Assembly: GCA_050246815.1 (NCBI GenBank)
Contig: JBFWVI010000002.1
Span: 37,270 to 101,269, forward strand
Source: Bdellovibrionales bacterium
Lineage (GTDB): Bacteria > Bdellovibrionota > Bdellovibrionia > Bdellovibrionales > UBA1609
DNA length: 64,000 nt
Direction of reading: 5' to 3'
Shown here: positions 47,016 to 57,261 of the stretch, piece after piece
Numbering within the stretch: the first letter of the stretch is position 1
Layout: each line of letters opens with the position of its first letter
Position numbers and translations under genes: made by a program
Notes under the pieces: generated by a model
The model's database searches: none
Told to the model about the DNA's origin: nothing
What the model saw: the letters and a program-made list of their open reading frames with translations, nothing else

Positions 47016-47486
47016 ATGCGGATTGGACTTCTGCTCATCGGACTTCTATTGGTTGCAGGGCTTGCAGGGGCTGAAGAGGAGATTCCAGAGATCTTTTCAG
47101 CAAGCTGCAGCCATACCAGCCAAGCCTTTAATTGTGTCGAGTTTTTGCGAAACTACGATGGTGACACCTTCACCATCAATATACCTTCGGTGCACCCTTT
47201 GATCGGCAAACAAATCACGGTGCGGATCTCAGGCATCGACACTCCAGAAATGGAGGGGGGCTCTTCTTGCGAGCGCCGAGCGGCCCAAAGGGCTCAACTT
47301 GCGACTGAACGAATGCTACGTGCCGCCCGCCGGATCAATTTGCGCAATATCCAGCGCGACAAGTACTTTCGTGTCTTGGCTGACGTCGAGGTTGATGGTG
47401 TGGCCGTTGCTGGCAAGCTTTTGAAGATGGGTCTAGCCGTCCCTTACGACGGTGGTCATAAAAATCCCGTGAATTGGTGCGATTAA
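47016..47486 (+). CDS. Secreted thermonuclease (SNase family)
   Basis: Signal peptide; YDGDT, VRISGIDTPE, RDKYFRVLA, GLAVPY. Confidence 0.92.
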   Translation: MRIGLLLIGLLLVAGLAGAEEEIPEIFSASCSHTSQAFNCVEFLRNYDGDTFTINIPSVHPLIGKQITVRISGIDTPEMEGGSSCERRAAQRAQLATERMLRAARRINLRNIQRDKYFRVLADVEVDGVAVAGKLLKMGLAVPYDGGHKNPVNWCD

Positions 47487-47544
47487 CTTCACGGCAGCCC
47501 CGCTTTGCTCTATCCTAAAAAAACGTCTTAAAGGGTAGGCAAAC

Positions 47545-48027
47545 GTGTCCACATTGAAGCGCTATCGAAAGCCGGGCGGTTTTAAGCAGCTGTTGATCCT
47601 GCTCGAGACCTCTCCCGCCACCAAAAAAGAACAATTGCTCAAGATTGTGGCCGCCGAGGACAAGCGTTGGGCCGGCGAACTTGAAAAGCGCATTCTGACC
47701 ATGAACAAAATTTTGTCTTGGAAGATCGAAGTGGTCGAAAAGATCATGCAATTGATCCCCGAACAAACATGGCCCAAGGCGCTGTTTCATTTGAGTCCCG
47801 ATGATCGGCAAAAACTGTTTGTTCAGCTGATTCAATTTTTACCGCAGACGCGGCAAAAACAAATGAATGAAAGCCTGGCAGGACTGGCTCCGACCCCGGG
47901 CGAAATCGAGGCCGCTCACTTGTTGATCATCAAGAAAGTACGTGAAATGCAGGCCAATGGTGACCTGAAGCTTGAGCAGTTTGACGCCAACTTAAATTTG
48001 GACGGAATTGACAAAGTGCTAATGTAG
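47545..48027 (+). CDS. Orphan FliG C-terminal-domain protein
   Basis: RYRKPGGFKQLL.LLET, EIEAA...IIKKVREM...GDL resembles the FliG-C helix; no flagellar genes nearby. Confidence 0.7.
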   Translation: MSTLKRYRKPGGFKQLLILLETSPATKKEQLLKIVAAEDKRWAGELEKRILTMNKILSWKIEVVEKIMQLIPEQTWPKALFHLSPDDRQKLFVQLIQFLPQTRQKQMNESLAGLAPTPGEIEAAHLLIIKKVREMQANGDLKLEQFDANLNLDGIDKVLM

Positions 48028-49419
48028 GCCCCAGCGCGCTTCGCGTCGCTGATTGGGGTCTGAAGAATAATGGCCTTGCCGCCACGTCAGGATGAGATCG
48101 CGCAGCAGGACCTCATAAGTTCTAAAGTGTTCACCGTCGATTTCGAATTTATGTCTCCAGATAAAGGTGTTGTAGGTGTGCTCAGTTTCATCGTGCTCCG
48201 TCACGTAGTTTTGTGTGGTGACAATCAGATCCAGAATGCGTTGATCGCGACTTGGGGTTCCGTAGTCTTCGTAATCGCGACTGCCAAGGGGGCATAAGTT
48301 CGGAAAGCAGCGGTCGTGACCCTCTTGTACCAAATGTTGGCGTTCAAGGTAGCGGTTCGCCAGGGTGGTCATCAGACTTTCGACTTTGCGCTTGTGGTCG
48401 ATCACCCGATGGGGGGCCACGCGATTGAAAACGGCCTCGTCGAAGGAATCATTTAGAACGAACTCAGGGCTATATTGCTCAAGCGAGTGGCCAGGCATTT
48501 TTTCGGCATCCACCAGTTTCCAGTCCGGGCCACTGGCCTGCGGCCAGCGAAAACGCATGAATCCGCCGCTCCCAGGCTGTTTGGGATCCGAAAAATCGCT
48601 TTCAAGTAGTGGCCTAAAGGCGCGCGGCAAAGTCGACGAGATCAAAGCGATCGGCAGCCGGCCGTCACGCCCATCACGCAAGCGATGCACAAGGTAATTG
48701 TGGCCCGTATCTCCTTGCGGATAACTCAGATGCGCACCGGCACGAAGCCAACGTGCTGAAATTTCGATGGGGTAGCTGTCGCGGACCAGCGAAGCGGTGT
48801 AGGTCAGTTGCAGCAAATAGTTGAGTGCGGCTAAAAAACGGTAGTCCTTCCGCCAATCTGGGTGAGTGGGCAGGCGCCGCCATTCCTCGCGAACAGAGGC
48901 GTGGCTGAAGAGCCAACCACTTCCACCAAGGCGGTTCGCCATCGGCAACCGGTGATCGCGTGCGAAGATCCAGCGAAGCGCATAAATCGCATCGGCACAA
49001 TCCGTCTGCAGATCATTTGAAAAAAAACGCGAGTCAACATTCTGCTCAAGCCATTGCGCGTATTTTTGTTCCCATTGTTCAGACCAAGAGTTCTCAATGG
49101 GCCACAGAGTCAGGTCCTCTGCTTCGCGCAATTGTCGTGGTTGTGCTGGTTGTGAGCGCAGATCTGGTGGCCAGGTTTCGGTCCATTTTTGCCAGGTCTG
49201 TTTAGCCGCGGCGAAGGTGGAGAAGTGTCGTTGTTTAATCATGGTGGGCCATTGGCCACTTGGTTCTTGTGTCCAAAGCACTAGATGGCGATCGCCCTCT
49301 TTGGTTAAGATGGCGAATTCTTGGCCGCCTGGCACGGGGCGTGTGCGCACCAGTTCCAACGCCGGGGATTGGGCCGTATGCAATCCAACTAAAATCAAAA
49401 TTCCCAAAACCATTTTCAT
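48019..49419 (-). CDS. Secreted hypothetical protein with possible NlpC/P60-like Cys-His dyad
   Basis: Signal peptide; WE.KY..W, TDCADA.Y.LR..FA, GH, STPSRD-like GTPSRD. Confidence 0.6.
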   Translation of the reverse strand: MKMVLGILILVGLHTAQSPALELVRTRPVPGGQEFAILTKEGDRHLVLWTQEPSGQWPTMIKQRHFSTFAAAKQTWQKWTETWPPDLRSQPAQPRQLREAEDLTLWPIENSWSEQWEQKYAQWLEQNVDSRFFSNDLQTDCADAIYALRWIFARDHRLPMANRLGGSGWLFSHASVREEWRRLPTHPDWRKDYRFLAALNYLLQLTYTASLVRDSYPIEISARWLRAGAHLSYPQGDTGHNYLVHRLRDGRDGRLPIALISSTLPRAFRPLLESDFSDPKQPGSGGFMRFRWPQASGPDWKLVDAEKMPGHSLEQYSPEFVLNDSFDEAVFNRVAPHRVIDHKRKVESLMTTLANRYLERQHLVQEGHDRCFPNLCPLGSRDYEDYGTPSRDQRILDLIVTTQNYVTEHDETEHTYNTFIWRHKFEIDGEHFRTYEVLLRDLILTWRQGHYSSDPNQRREARWGLH

Positions 49420-49512
49420 GCTCCCCAATTTTGTCGTAAACGCGGAGCCGCAATCTATGTTTACAGCCAGATCTCAACTTGAGTCCTGGAGCCAACGCGT
49501 TAGGATCAAACG

Positions 49513-50736
49513 ATGTTTTCAAAGTCCGCCAGCGTGAAGTTCATCTTTGTCACCATTTTGCTGGACGCCATCGGTTTGGGTATTGTGATTCCCACTTTAC
49601 CCGATGTGGTTCGACGCTTTGTTTCGGACCCCACCGAAGTCAGTCAATATTTTGGCTACTTCATTTCGCTTTATGCACTGATGCAGTTTTTTGCCTCGCC
49701 GGTTTTAGGCGCGCTTTCGGATCGCTTTGGACGACGCTCGATCTTGTTGATTTCGCTTTTTGGCGCTGGGGTTGATTTTTTATTGATGGCCTATGCTCCA
49801 AATTTATGGATTCTTTTTTTGGGCCGACTGATTTCAGGGATCACAGGGGCCAGCATGACCGTGGCCTCGTCTTATATGGCGGATATTTCAACCGATCAAA
49901 ATCGCGCCGCTAATTTTGGCATGATTGGCGCGGCTTGGGGCATGGGCTTTATCGCGGGGCCTTTGCTGGGCGGGTTGCTGGGAGCCATGGGGCCAGGCGC
50001 CCCCTTTGTGGCGGCGGCCGTGATGAGCTTTTTAAATTTCCTATTCGGTCTATTTGTGTTGCCGGAGTCTTTGCCTAAAAAGCAGCGCCGTCATGTTACT
50101 TTGTCACGGCTAAACCCGTTCATCTCGCTTTACAAAGTACTCAAACCTTCACCTGTGTCGGTTTTGGTTTGGGCCTTTTTTCTGATGTTCATGTCGGGCC
50201 AGGTTCATCCCAGCATTTGGACGCTTTACACCGAATATCGTTTTCAATGGAGCGCCTTTGCGGTGGGTTTGTCTTTGACCTTTGTGGGCTTAACTATCGC
50301 CATCGTGCAGGGCGGACTGACCCGAGTGATTATCCCAAAGCTTGGCGAATCAAAAGTTTTGGTTTGGGGACTTTGGTTCAACATCCTTGGCTTCGCCTGC
50401 TTTGGTTTGGCTACGCAAGGCTGGATGATGTATGTGGTTATGGCCTTTTCGGCGTTGGGCGGGCTGGTGCCCCCGGCAGCTCAATCTTTGATCGCACGTC
50501 GCACTCCGCCGCAAGAGCAGGGCGAGCTTCAGGGTAGCCTGATGTCCATGGGAAGTCTGACTGCGATTTTAGCGCCGCTGCTTTACACCAATTTGTTTGC
50601 ACAATTCACCAATGGCAATGGGCCAGTGGAGCTTCCTGGGGCTCCCTATTTGGCGGCGGCGCTGATCAGTTTGATAGCTTGGCTGATGATCAAATTAAAA
50701 CATCAAGTTGATGACACGCCGGTCATTGATGCTTAA
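49513..50736 (+). CDS. TCR/Tet-family MFS transporter
   Basis: LDAIGLGIVIP.LP, LGALSDRFGRR, GRLISGITGA, QGELQG. Confidence 0.92.
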   Translation: MFSKSASVKFIFVTILLDAIGLGIVIPTLPDVVRRFVSDPTEVSQYFGYFISLYALMQFFASPVLGALSDRFGRRSILLISLFGAGVDFLLMAYAPNLWILFLGRLISGITGASMTVASSYMADISTDQNRAANFGMIGAAWGMGFIAGPLLGGLLGAMGPGAPFVAAAVMSFLNFLFGLFVLPESLPKKQRRHVTLSRLNPFISLYKVLKPSPVSVLVWAFFLMFMSGQVHPSIWTLYTEYRFQWSAFAVGLSLTFVGLTIAIVQGGLTRVIIPKLGESKVLVWGLWFNILGFACFGLATQGWMMYVVMAFSALGGLVPPAAQSLIARRTPPQEQGELQGSLMSMGSLTAILAPLLYTNLFAQFTNGNGPVELPGAPYLAAALISLIAWLMIKLKHQVDDTPVIDA

Positions 50737-51164
50737 TCGCGAATTTTTTGTCGCGACTTCTTCAATTCTCCGTGCCGGGTCTTGCTATCCAGCCGCTTGA
50801 GTTTTGACGAACGGGTGGGTTTTGTTGCGCGCCGGGCCTTGGGTTTAAAAAGTGCGGCTTTCAGCAACTGCTCCAGCTTTTCAAAACACAACTGTTTATT
50901 GCGTTCGAGGTCGCGGCTTTCATCGCTGCGCAGATAAACTTCACCCTCTTTGTTGATCATATTTTTAAGCTTAACCGCAATCCGCGCCTTTTCATCGGGG
51001 CTTAGGCCTGCGCTCCATTGGTAGGGCCAAAACAACTGGGCTGCCGAAGAGGTCTTATTGACATTTTGCCCCCCTGGACCTCGACTGCGTACAGCCAAAA
51101 ACCAAATTTCGTGGCGAATTGTTTGAAAATTCAGGCGCGGCCTACCTTTTTGTAATTTGCTCAT
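50733..51164 (-). CDS. arfB: Alternative ribosome-rescue peptidyl-tRNA hydrolase ArfB
   Basis: RSRGPGGQNVNK, basic tail RRATKPTRSSK.KRL..K; start uncertain. Confidence 0.92.
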   Translation of the reverse strand: MSKLQKGRPRLNFQTIRHEIWFLAVRSRGPGGQNVNKTSSAAQLFWPYQWSAGLSPDEKARIAVKLKNMINKEGEVYLRSDESRDLERNKQLCFEKLEQLLKAALFKPKARRATKPTRSSKLKRLDSKTRHGELKKSRQKIRD

Positions 51165-51278
51165 CTCATAATAACGATCAACAGCCCGATCGCCAACTTT
51201 TCCTGTGGGACGTTGGTCTGAGTTGAATTGCGCCAGTGTGAACGTCGGGTTAACCTGTGAAAACAAAGTGGGGCCGCT

Positions 51279-51545
51279 ATGAAGATGAAGTTGTCACACA
51301 TTCTCGTCGAGCAGCGTTATGAAGCCGAGGATTTGATCCGTAAGTTGGCCGATGGTGAGCCCTTTGAAAAATTGGCACAAAAATTTTCGAAGTGCCCGTC
51401 TTCTCAGCGCGGTGGTAGTCTGGGCGAGATTGAGTTGAAGCGTTTGGACCCGGATTTTGCGGCGGCGGCAGAAACCTTGAAAGCGGGCCAAATCTCCGAA
51501 GTGGTGAAAACCCGCTTCGGCCACCATCTGATTCGACGAGAATAA
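51279..51545 (+). CDS. ppiC: Parvulin peptidyl-prolyl isomerase
   Basis: HILV, FEKLAQKFSKCPS..RGGSLG, KTRFGHHLI. Confidence 0.92.
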   Translation: MKMKLSHILVEQRYEAEDLIRKLADGEPFEKLAQKFSKCPSSQRGGSLGEIELKRLDPDFAAAAETLKAGQISEVVKTRFGHHLIRRE

Positions 51546-51547
51546 AA

Positions 51548-52390
51548 ATGTTCAAAGATGATCTGTTGAAGGGCAAAAAGTTTCTGGTCACTGGGGGTGG
51601 CACGGGACTGGGCAAAAGCATGTCCCAACGCTTTGTGCAGCTGGGTGCTGAAGTTGTCATTTGCGGCCGCCGCAACGAAGTCTTGCAAAAAACAGCCGAA
51701 GAGCTGAATCAAATTCGCAAGGGTGCCGTTACGGGGCTGACTTGCGATGTGCGCGACCCCGAACAGATTGAAAAACTGCTCGAACAAATTTGGCAGAATG
51801 GCCCCTTAAATGGCCTGGTGAATAACGCCGCCGGCAATTTTATCTCGCGCAGTGAAGACTTATCGCCGCGGGCCGTGGACGCGGTGCTGAGTATCGTTTT
51901 GCATGGAACGGTCTATATGACGTTGGCTTGCGGTCAGCGTTGGCTCAAGAGCAAACAACCCGCTTCAGTTTTGAACATTGTCACCACCTACGCCAGCACG
52001 GGCTCTGCTTACGTGGTGCCGTCAGCCGTGGCCAAGGCTGGCGTGCTGGCGATGACACGAAGTCTGGCGGTAGAGTGGGGAGGACGTGGCATACGTTCCA
52101 ATGCCATCGCACCGGGGCCCTTTCCAACCCCTGGTGCTTGGGAACGTTTGGTTCCCAATGAGCAGGTGTCTAAAATGATGCTCAAAAGAATTCCGGTTAA
52201 TCGTATGGGTGAACACATTGAGTTAGCCAACCTGGCCAGTTTTTTGATGAGTGATTTCGCCGGCTATATCAACGGTGACGTGATTACCATCGACGGCGGC
52301 GAGTGGCTTAAGGGTGCGGGTCAGTTCAGTATGTTGGGCGATATGATGCGTGATCAAGATTGGGCGGCGATGAAACCCAAAAAGGGCTAA
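51548..52390 (+). CDS. SDR oxidoreductase, 2,4-dienoyl-CoA reductase-like
   Basis: TGGGTGLG, NNAAGNF, SAVAKAGV, NAIAPGP, IDGG. Confidence 0.9.
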   Translation: MFKDDLLKGKKFLVTGGGTGLGKSMSQRFVQLGAEVVICGRRNEVLQKTAEELNQIRKGAVTGLTCDVRDPEQIEKLLEQIWQNGPLNGLVNNAAGNFISRSEDLSPRAVDAVLSIVLHGTVYMTLACGQRWLKSKQPASVLNIVTTYASTGSAYVVPSAVAKAGVLAMTRSLAVEWGGRGIRSNAIAPGPFPTPGAWERLVPNEQVSKMMLKRIPVNRMGEHIELANLASFLMSDFAGYINGDVITIDGGEWLKGAGQFSMLGDMMRDQDWAAMKPKKG

Positions 52391-52391
52391 A

Positions 52392-53147
52392 ATGGCGGGC
52401 GCGGGCTTTTTTAAAGACCTGTTTTCCGGCCACGCGGCAGACTACGCCAAATATCGTCCCGTTTATCCGGCAGAACTTTATTCGTATTTAAGCGGCTTGG
52501 TGAAAAATCACGACCTGGTTTTGGATTGTGGCACGGGCAATGGCCAGGCTGCCCAGCAATTGGCATCTCACTTCAAGGCGGTGCTGGCGACTGATCCCAG
52601 CCCAGAGCAGATCGGCAAGGCCTCGCCTCACCCCCGTATTCAGTATCAGGTGGCGGCGGCTGAAAAAATGCCGCTGCCCGATCACAGCGCCGACATGATC
52701 ACCGTGGCGCAGGCCCTGCATTGGTTCAAAATAGATCTTTTTGGGCAGGAGTGTAAGCGGGTGCTGCGTCCTGGTGGTGTGGTGGCCGCATGGGGCTATG
52801 ATTTGGCCGAAGTGAGCCCCGCAGTCGACCACGTCGTGCAGCGCATGCATGATGATGTTCTGGGGGCTTATTGGGAGCCCGAGCGCCGCTTAATTGCCAT
52901 GCATTACAAAACGCTCGAATTGCCTTTCACGGCGTTGCCGTCACCCCATATCACGATGCGGGCTGAGTGGAGCCTTGAGGATTTAAAGGGCTATTTGAAG
53001 ACCTGGTCTTCGGTGAGAAGTTATTTAAAGAAAAATACCGATGTGCGCGCACTTGAAAATTCGGTTCTCGAATTGAGTCGTGCGTGGGGTGATGTCAAAA
53101 CGCGTATCGTGAGTTGGCCGCTGTTTTTTCGTCTATGGCGCGTTTAG
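52392..53147 (+). CDS. Class I SAM-dependent methyltransferase
   Basis: YAKYRP.YP, LDCGTGNGQ, VAQALHWF, RVLRPGG. Confidence 0.92.
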   Translation: MAGAGFFKDLFSGHAADYAKYRPVYPAELYSYLSGLVKNHDLVLDCGTGNGQAAQQLASHFKAVLATDPSPEQIGKASPHPRIQYQVAAAEKMPLPDHSADMITVAQALHWFKIDLFGQECKRVLRPGGVVAAWGYDLAEVSPAVDHVVQRMHDDVLGAYWEPERRLIAMHYKTLELPFTALPSPHITMRAEWSLEDLKGYLKTWSSVRSYLKKNTDVRALENSVLELSRAWGDVKTRIVSWPLFFRLWRV

Positions 53148-53295
53148 ATTCTATTCTGCTTTTCACTCTCAATTTGAACCGTTCGTCTGCTAACAGTGTC
53201 AAAGAATACTAGCCGAGTGTATGAAACTTCGTCGGTGGCGACCCTGTTAAAAGCGTCTTGTATTGAAACCCAAATCACATCAATAGGTTAGCGCT

Positions 53296-53311
53296 TGGCC
53301 CGTGCCTTGCT
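53296..53311 (+). promoter_or_regulatory. Sigma54 promoter
   Basis: TGGCCC-GTGCC-TTGCT (GG-N10-GC); IHF-like ATCAA-N4-TTA at 53279-53290. Confidence 0.7.
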
Positions 53312-53323
53312 TTATTAGGGGGT

Positions 53324-54055
53324 ATGGAAACGAGACAGTACTTAAATATTAGCCGTAATCTAATTTTGTTTAGTTTGATGTTGGTTTGCGGCACTTTGAA
53401 TTCGGCCGTGATTGATATGAGTGACTATCAGTCTGTGCCCGTGGATATGAACGTGCGCCAGCAGCACGTTCAAGAGTTGATGGGCAAAAACTCTTGGCTC
53501 AAAAACACCCTGAAGTTGCAAACGGCTCAAGACACTCGCGAAGCAGTCCACCATGTTTTGTCGCAAGCGATGAATTTGCGCGACAAAGATATGGCGGCCA
53601 GGGCCACCCGCGCGGTTTTGGCTGCAGCGGCTCAATATCAGATGGACCCTTTCTTTATCTTGGCCATGATGAAAACCGAAAGCCGTTTCAATCCTGAAAT
53701 CGTTGGTCGCCATGGTGAAATCGGCTTGATGCAAATCTTGCCAGAAACCGCGGCCTGGATCGCGGCACGCAATAAAATCGAATGGCGTGGCAAAGAGGCC
53801 TTGAAAGATCCCGTCTATAACATTCGCTTAGGCGTGGCCTATGTCCACTTCTTGCGTCAATCATTCAAAGCCGACAGTGTCTCTTACGTGGCGGCCTACA
53901 ATATGGGCGCGGCCAATGTGCGCCGTCTGCGGGCCGCTTCGATTCAGCCCAAAATCTATTCCAGCAAAGTGCTTCGCTTTTATCAAAACTACTATGCCAA
54001 CCAAACTTTAAAAAATGCCGCCATTCAGGCCACCAATGTCTCTTTAGTGGACTAA
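53324..54055 (+). CDS. Lytic transglycosylase (SLT domain)
   Basis: AMMKTESRFNP, GLMQI.P.TA, N..LG..Y, AAYNMG. Confidence 0.93.
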   Translation: METRQYLNISRNLILFSLMLVCGTLNSAVIDMSDYQSVPVDMNVRQQHVQELMGKNSWLKNTLKLQTAQDTREAVHHVLSQAMNLRDKDMAARATRAVLAAAAQYQMDPFFILAMMKTESRFNPEIVGRHGEIGLMQILPETAAWIAARNKIEWRGKEALKDPVYNIRLGVAYVHFLRQSFKADSVSYVAAYNMGAANVRRLRAASIQPKIYSSKVLRFYQNYYANQTLKNAAIQATNVSLVD

Positions 54056-54130
54056 ACCAATTTTTTAATAAAATTTTAGTTTATCGAATCAAGTCAGCTT
54101 TCGGGGGCTGAGATTGGATTAGCCGACTGC

Positions 54131-54718
54131 CTAATGAAGATGTGGCTTCAGTCGACAGAATGATTTTTGGTAAGTTCCGCCCGCATAGGTGATGTAGTAA
54201 AGCTCACCTGTGGCGGGGTTTTGCCGCAGCCAATAGACATAGGCCGGCGCGCCATTGGCATCTAAAACTTCGACCCGAGCCGCGCCAGAGGCTGATTTCA
54301 TCAGGCCGTAGCGCTTCCATTCAGGGTCGCGCTCCGCGCGGGCCTTGACCAAATCCCAATCCGCAAAGTCATTCTGTTGTGCAAAATAGCTAAAGATAGT
54401 GGAAAACAAAGGAGCTTCGTTCAAGCGATCGATCAAGACAGTGGAGTAGTGAATTTGATCCGGCCCTAGACCACCACCCAAATGCCGACACTCGCCGCTG
54501 TAGACAAAGGGCTCAAGACTGGGGGCGCGTCCAAGATTTGCAAAGTCATCGACCAGTTGTTGCATATACTCCGTGCAGCCTTCGTAGCAGGGCGAAGGCG
54601 GCAAATCGGGAATCGTGGTTTGGGCAGGTGTGATCAACAAGGATGACGGATTTGGTGGGGTGGCATCGGCCATTGCGATTTTTGAATTTAGCAAAAGCAT
54701 AAGTATGGTGATAAACAT
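54131..54718 (-). CDS. Secreted hypothetical protein
   Basis: AGGAGG RBS, signal-like N-terminus, four Cys. Confidence 0.65.
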   Translation of the reverse strand: MFITILMLLLNSKIAMADATPPNPSSLLITPAQTTIPDLPPSPCYEGCTEYMQQLVDDFANLGRAPSLEPFVYSGECRHLGGGLGPDQIHYSTVLIDRLNEAPLFSTIFSYFAQQNDFADWDLVKARAERDPEWKRYGLMKSASGAARVEVLDANGAPAYVYWLRQNPATGELYYITYAGGTYQKSFCRLKPHLH

Positions 54719-55011
54719 TGCAAACCTCCTTTAAAGACCCATCATACGGCTGAACCAACTTGGCTCAGCGGGTTATGGCATGCTCTAGCGAATTCATTTA
54801 AAGTCACTCGCCCGAACGAATCTATTAAACGCCAACCACCAGATTATAAACAATAAAAAAGACGATTTATCAGATCAGTACCCCCTCGATTGTGACAAAA
54901 CAACGGTCCACCTTCGTTCGAGTATGTGTAAACGATGTTATGCCCATAAACATGCAATGTATCAGGTCCGTACCCTTGACGCTTTTTTAGATTTGAAGTA
55001 TACCATCGTTC

Positions 55012-55578
55012 ATGTCGCGTTCTGCTCAAGGGCAATTTAACGGCCAAAGCTTCAAAAAAATGCGGGCCTTTGGCGGAGCGCTTCTAAAAAAAGCGAAGAA
55101 CCGCCACGCCCGGCCTCTTTCGACGAAAGAGCCCCTTCATTTGGTTTTACGCTCTTCAAGGGCTCGTGGTGATTGGAGCTTTTATAAACCGCGCAATCGC
55201 AAAATTATCCAAGAAGGCCTCAGCCGCCTTTGCCGCAAATACGGGGTAAAAGTCGAACAGTTCGCCAATGCGGGAAATCATTTGCATCTTTTGCTCAGAA
55301 TTAAGAATCGACAGACTTATTTTCCATTTATTCGGGGGTTGACTGGCCTTATCGCTCTTCAGGTGACAGCCAGCACTAAGCTTAAACAACTTTGCGGCCG
55401 ATTTTGGGATGCAAGGCCTTTCACCCGGGTGGTTTTTGGATGGCGTGGTTACCAAATCGCAAAGGATTACGTTTTACTCAATCAGCTTGAGAGCTGGGGC
55501 GTGGTTCCTTATCAACGCAGGCGCCTCAACGGTTTAACCGGAGCCGATCTTCGGGAACTTTTAGAATCGTCTTCGTGA
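55012..55578 (+). mobile_element. Stand-alone Y1 HUH transposase (IS200/RAYT-like)
   Basis: LHLVLRS, HUH motif NHLHLL, FW..RPFTRVV, catalytic Y in DYV..N; no tnpB adjacent. Confidence 0.85.
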
Positions 55579-55692
55579 CCCCCGCTCAGCAAATAGCTAA
55601 TGGGCAGCCCTCGTCTTATTCCACCTTCAGTTGGTTTACCGAAGCTGACCCGGATCTTAAGCCATTCGTTGCCATCGAGCTTCACGTCCCGC

Positions 55693-57018
55693 TCACTCGC
55701 CCCAAACCTGATCTTCGCCTTTAAGCCAAGCTTTGACGTTGGCTGTTGTCACTGATTTGGGGCGCTCGATCGGAAAGCCCAAAGCGCGCGACCAGATCAT
55801 GGCGGCCAAGACACCCAAGGCACGACTGACGCCAAACAACACGGTGTAATAGTCGTACTCTTTCATGCCAAAGTGGACCAAAAGTGCGCCCGAGTGGGCA
55901 TCGACGTTGGGCCACGGGTTTTTGATCTTACCCAAAGACTGCAGAATCGGCGGTACAGTTTCAAACACGCGCCAAACGGTGTTGACCAGGGGGTCTTTGG
56001 GCATATGCTTTTTGGCGAACTCAGCTTGAGCGGTGAAGCGCGGGTCGGTTTTGCGTAAAACCGCATGGCCGTAGCCAGGCACCACTTTGCCTTCGCTCAA
56101 TGTTTTGCGCACATACTGGTCGATTTGCTCAGACGACGGGGTTTCTGTGCCTAAGGATTTTTGCATATCAAAAATCCATTTGATCACTTCTTGGTTGGCC
56201 AAGCCGTGAAGCGGACCGGCCAAGCCATTCATGCCGGCGGCAAAGGACAAATAGGGGTCCGCCAAAGCCGAACCCACCAAGTGAGTGGTGTGGGCCGAAA
56301 CGTTACCACCCTCGTGATCTGCGTGAATGGTCAAATAAAGGCGCATTAGCTCGCGGAATTTATCCGTGTCAAAACCCAGCATGTGGGCAAAGTTACCCCC
56401 CCAATCCAGCTCCTGCGAGGGGCTTAAAGTTTTACCGCCCTTGTATTTGCGGCGATAAACATAAGCCGCCACTTCAGGCAGGCGGGCAATCAAGTTCATC
56501 GAGTCTTCAAAGATATGACCCCAATATTCTTTTTTATTCACACCCTCGGCATATTTTCGGGCAAAATGCGATTCAGTCTGCATCGCCATCACGCCAACCA
56601 CAAATTGGGTCATCGGATGAGTATCAACAGGCAAGGCATCTAAAGTTTTAAACACATGGGCCGGTACTTTCGAACGCTTGCGCCAATCTTCGCTCAAGCC
56701 ACGAACATCAGCTTCGGTCGGCAGCTCGCCAGTCAACATCAACCAAAAAAGTCCCTCGGGCAAAGGCTCACCGCCACCATCGGCCTTGGGCAATTTTTGC
56801 TGCAGCTCGGGAATGGAAAAACCGCGAAAGCGAATACCTTCGTTCGCGTCCAGCAAAGAGGTTTCATAAACCATCCCGGTGATGCCACGCATACCTTGAT
56901 AGGCTTGCGAGAGTTGCACTTCGCCGATTTTTTTCGAACCGTGCTCTTTTAGCATGTCCTTCACTTCGGCGGCCAATTTGTCTGCTTTTTCTTTGAATGA
57001 ATTCTTTAGTTTTTCCAT
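55693..57018 (-). CDS. gltA: Citrate (Si)-synthase, eukaryotic-like type
   Basis: [54 protein letters not shown]. Confidence 0.95.
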   Translation of the reverse strand: MEKLKNSFKEKADKLAAEVKDMLKEHGSKKIGEVQLSQAYQGMRGITGMVYETSLLDANEGIRFRGFSIPELQQKLPKADGGGEPLPEGLFWLMLTGELPTEADVRGLSEDWRKRSKVPAHVFKTLDALPVDTHPMTQFVVGVMAMQTESHFARKYAEGVNKKEYWGHIFEDSMNLIARLPEVAAYVYRRKYKGGKTLSPSQELDWGGNFAHMLGFDTDKFRELMRLYLTIHADHEGGNVSAHTTHLVGSALADPYLSFAAGMNGLAGPLHGLANQEVIKWIFDMQKSLGTETPSSEQIDQYVRKTLSEGKVVPGYGHAVLRKTDPRFTAQAEFAKKHMPKDPLVNTVWRVFETVPPILQSLGKIKNPWPNVDAHSGALLVHFGMKEYDYYTVLFGVSRALGVLAAMIWSRALGFPIERPKSVTTANVKAWLKGEDQVWGE

Positions 57019-57261
57019 GTCCTTAACTTAAAGGAGGACGGCCAAGTTGAGGAGTCTAAATATCACCTTTGACGCCGTGTTGTAGGTGCTTGCCCGTGAC
57101 TTAACGGATGGGCTAATCGGTTGTAAGTTTTGTTGCCGCCGTCACCTGACGGTTTGCCGTGATATCAGTTGTGATACGAAGCTCGCCCTAGGTCTCGTCC
57201 TGGTTGCTAAGTCTGCGATTAATTTAGATGATTTGGGGAACCTCTACCAAAGGTGGGCAAG

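Noticed and set aside
49513..50736. tetA resistance determinant on a mobile element
   Set aside because: No tetR or mobile context; only the generic TCR-family MFS call is supportable
54776..54790. TGGCATGCTCTAGC as a sigma54 promoter
   Set aside because: GG-GC spacing is 9, not 10
57019..57261. Possible ncRNA or small ORF in the gltA-ampG spacer
   Set aside because: No recognisable RNA family motif, RBS or convincing structure
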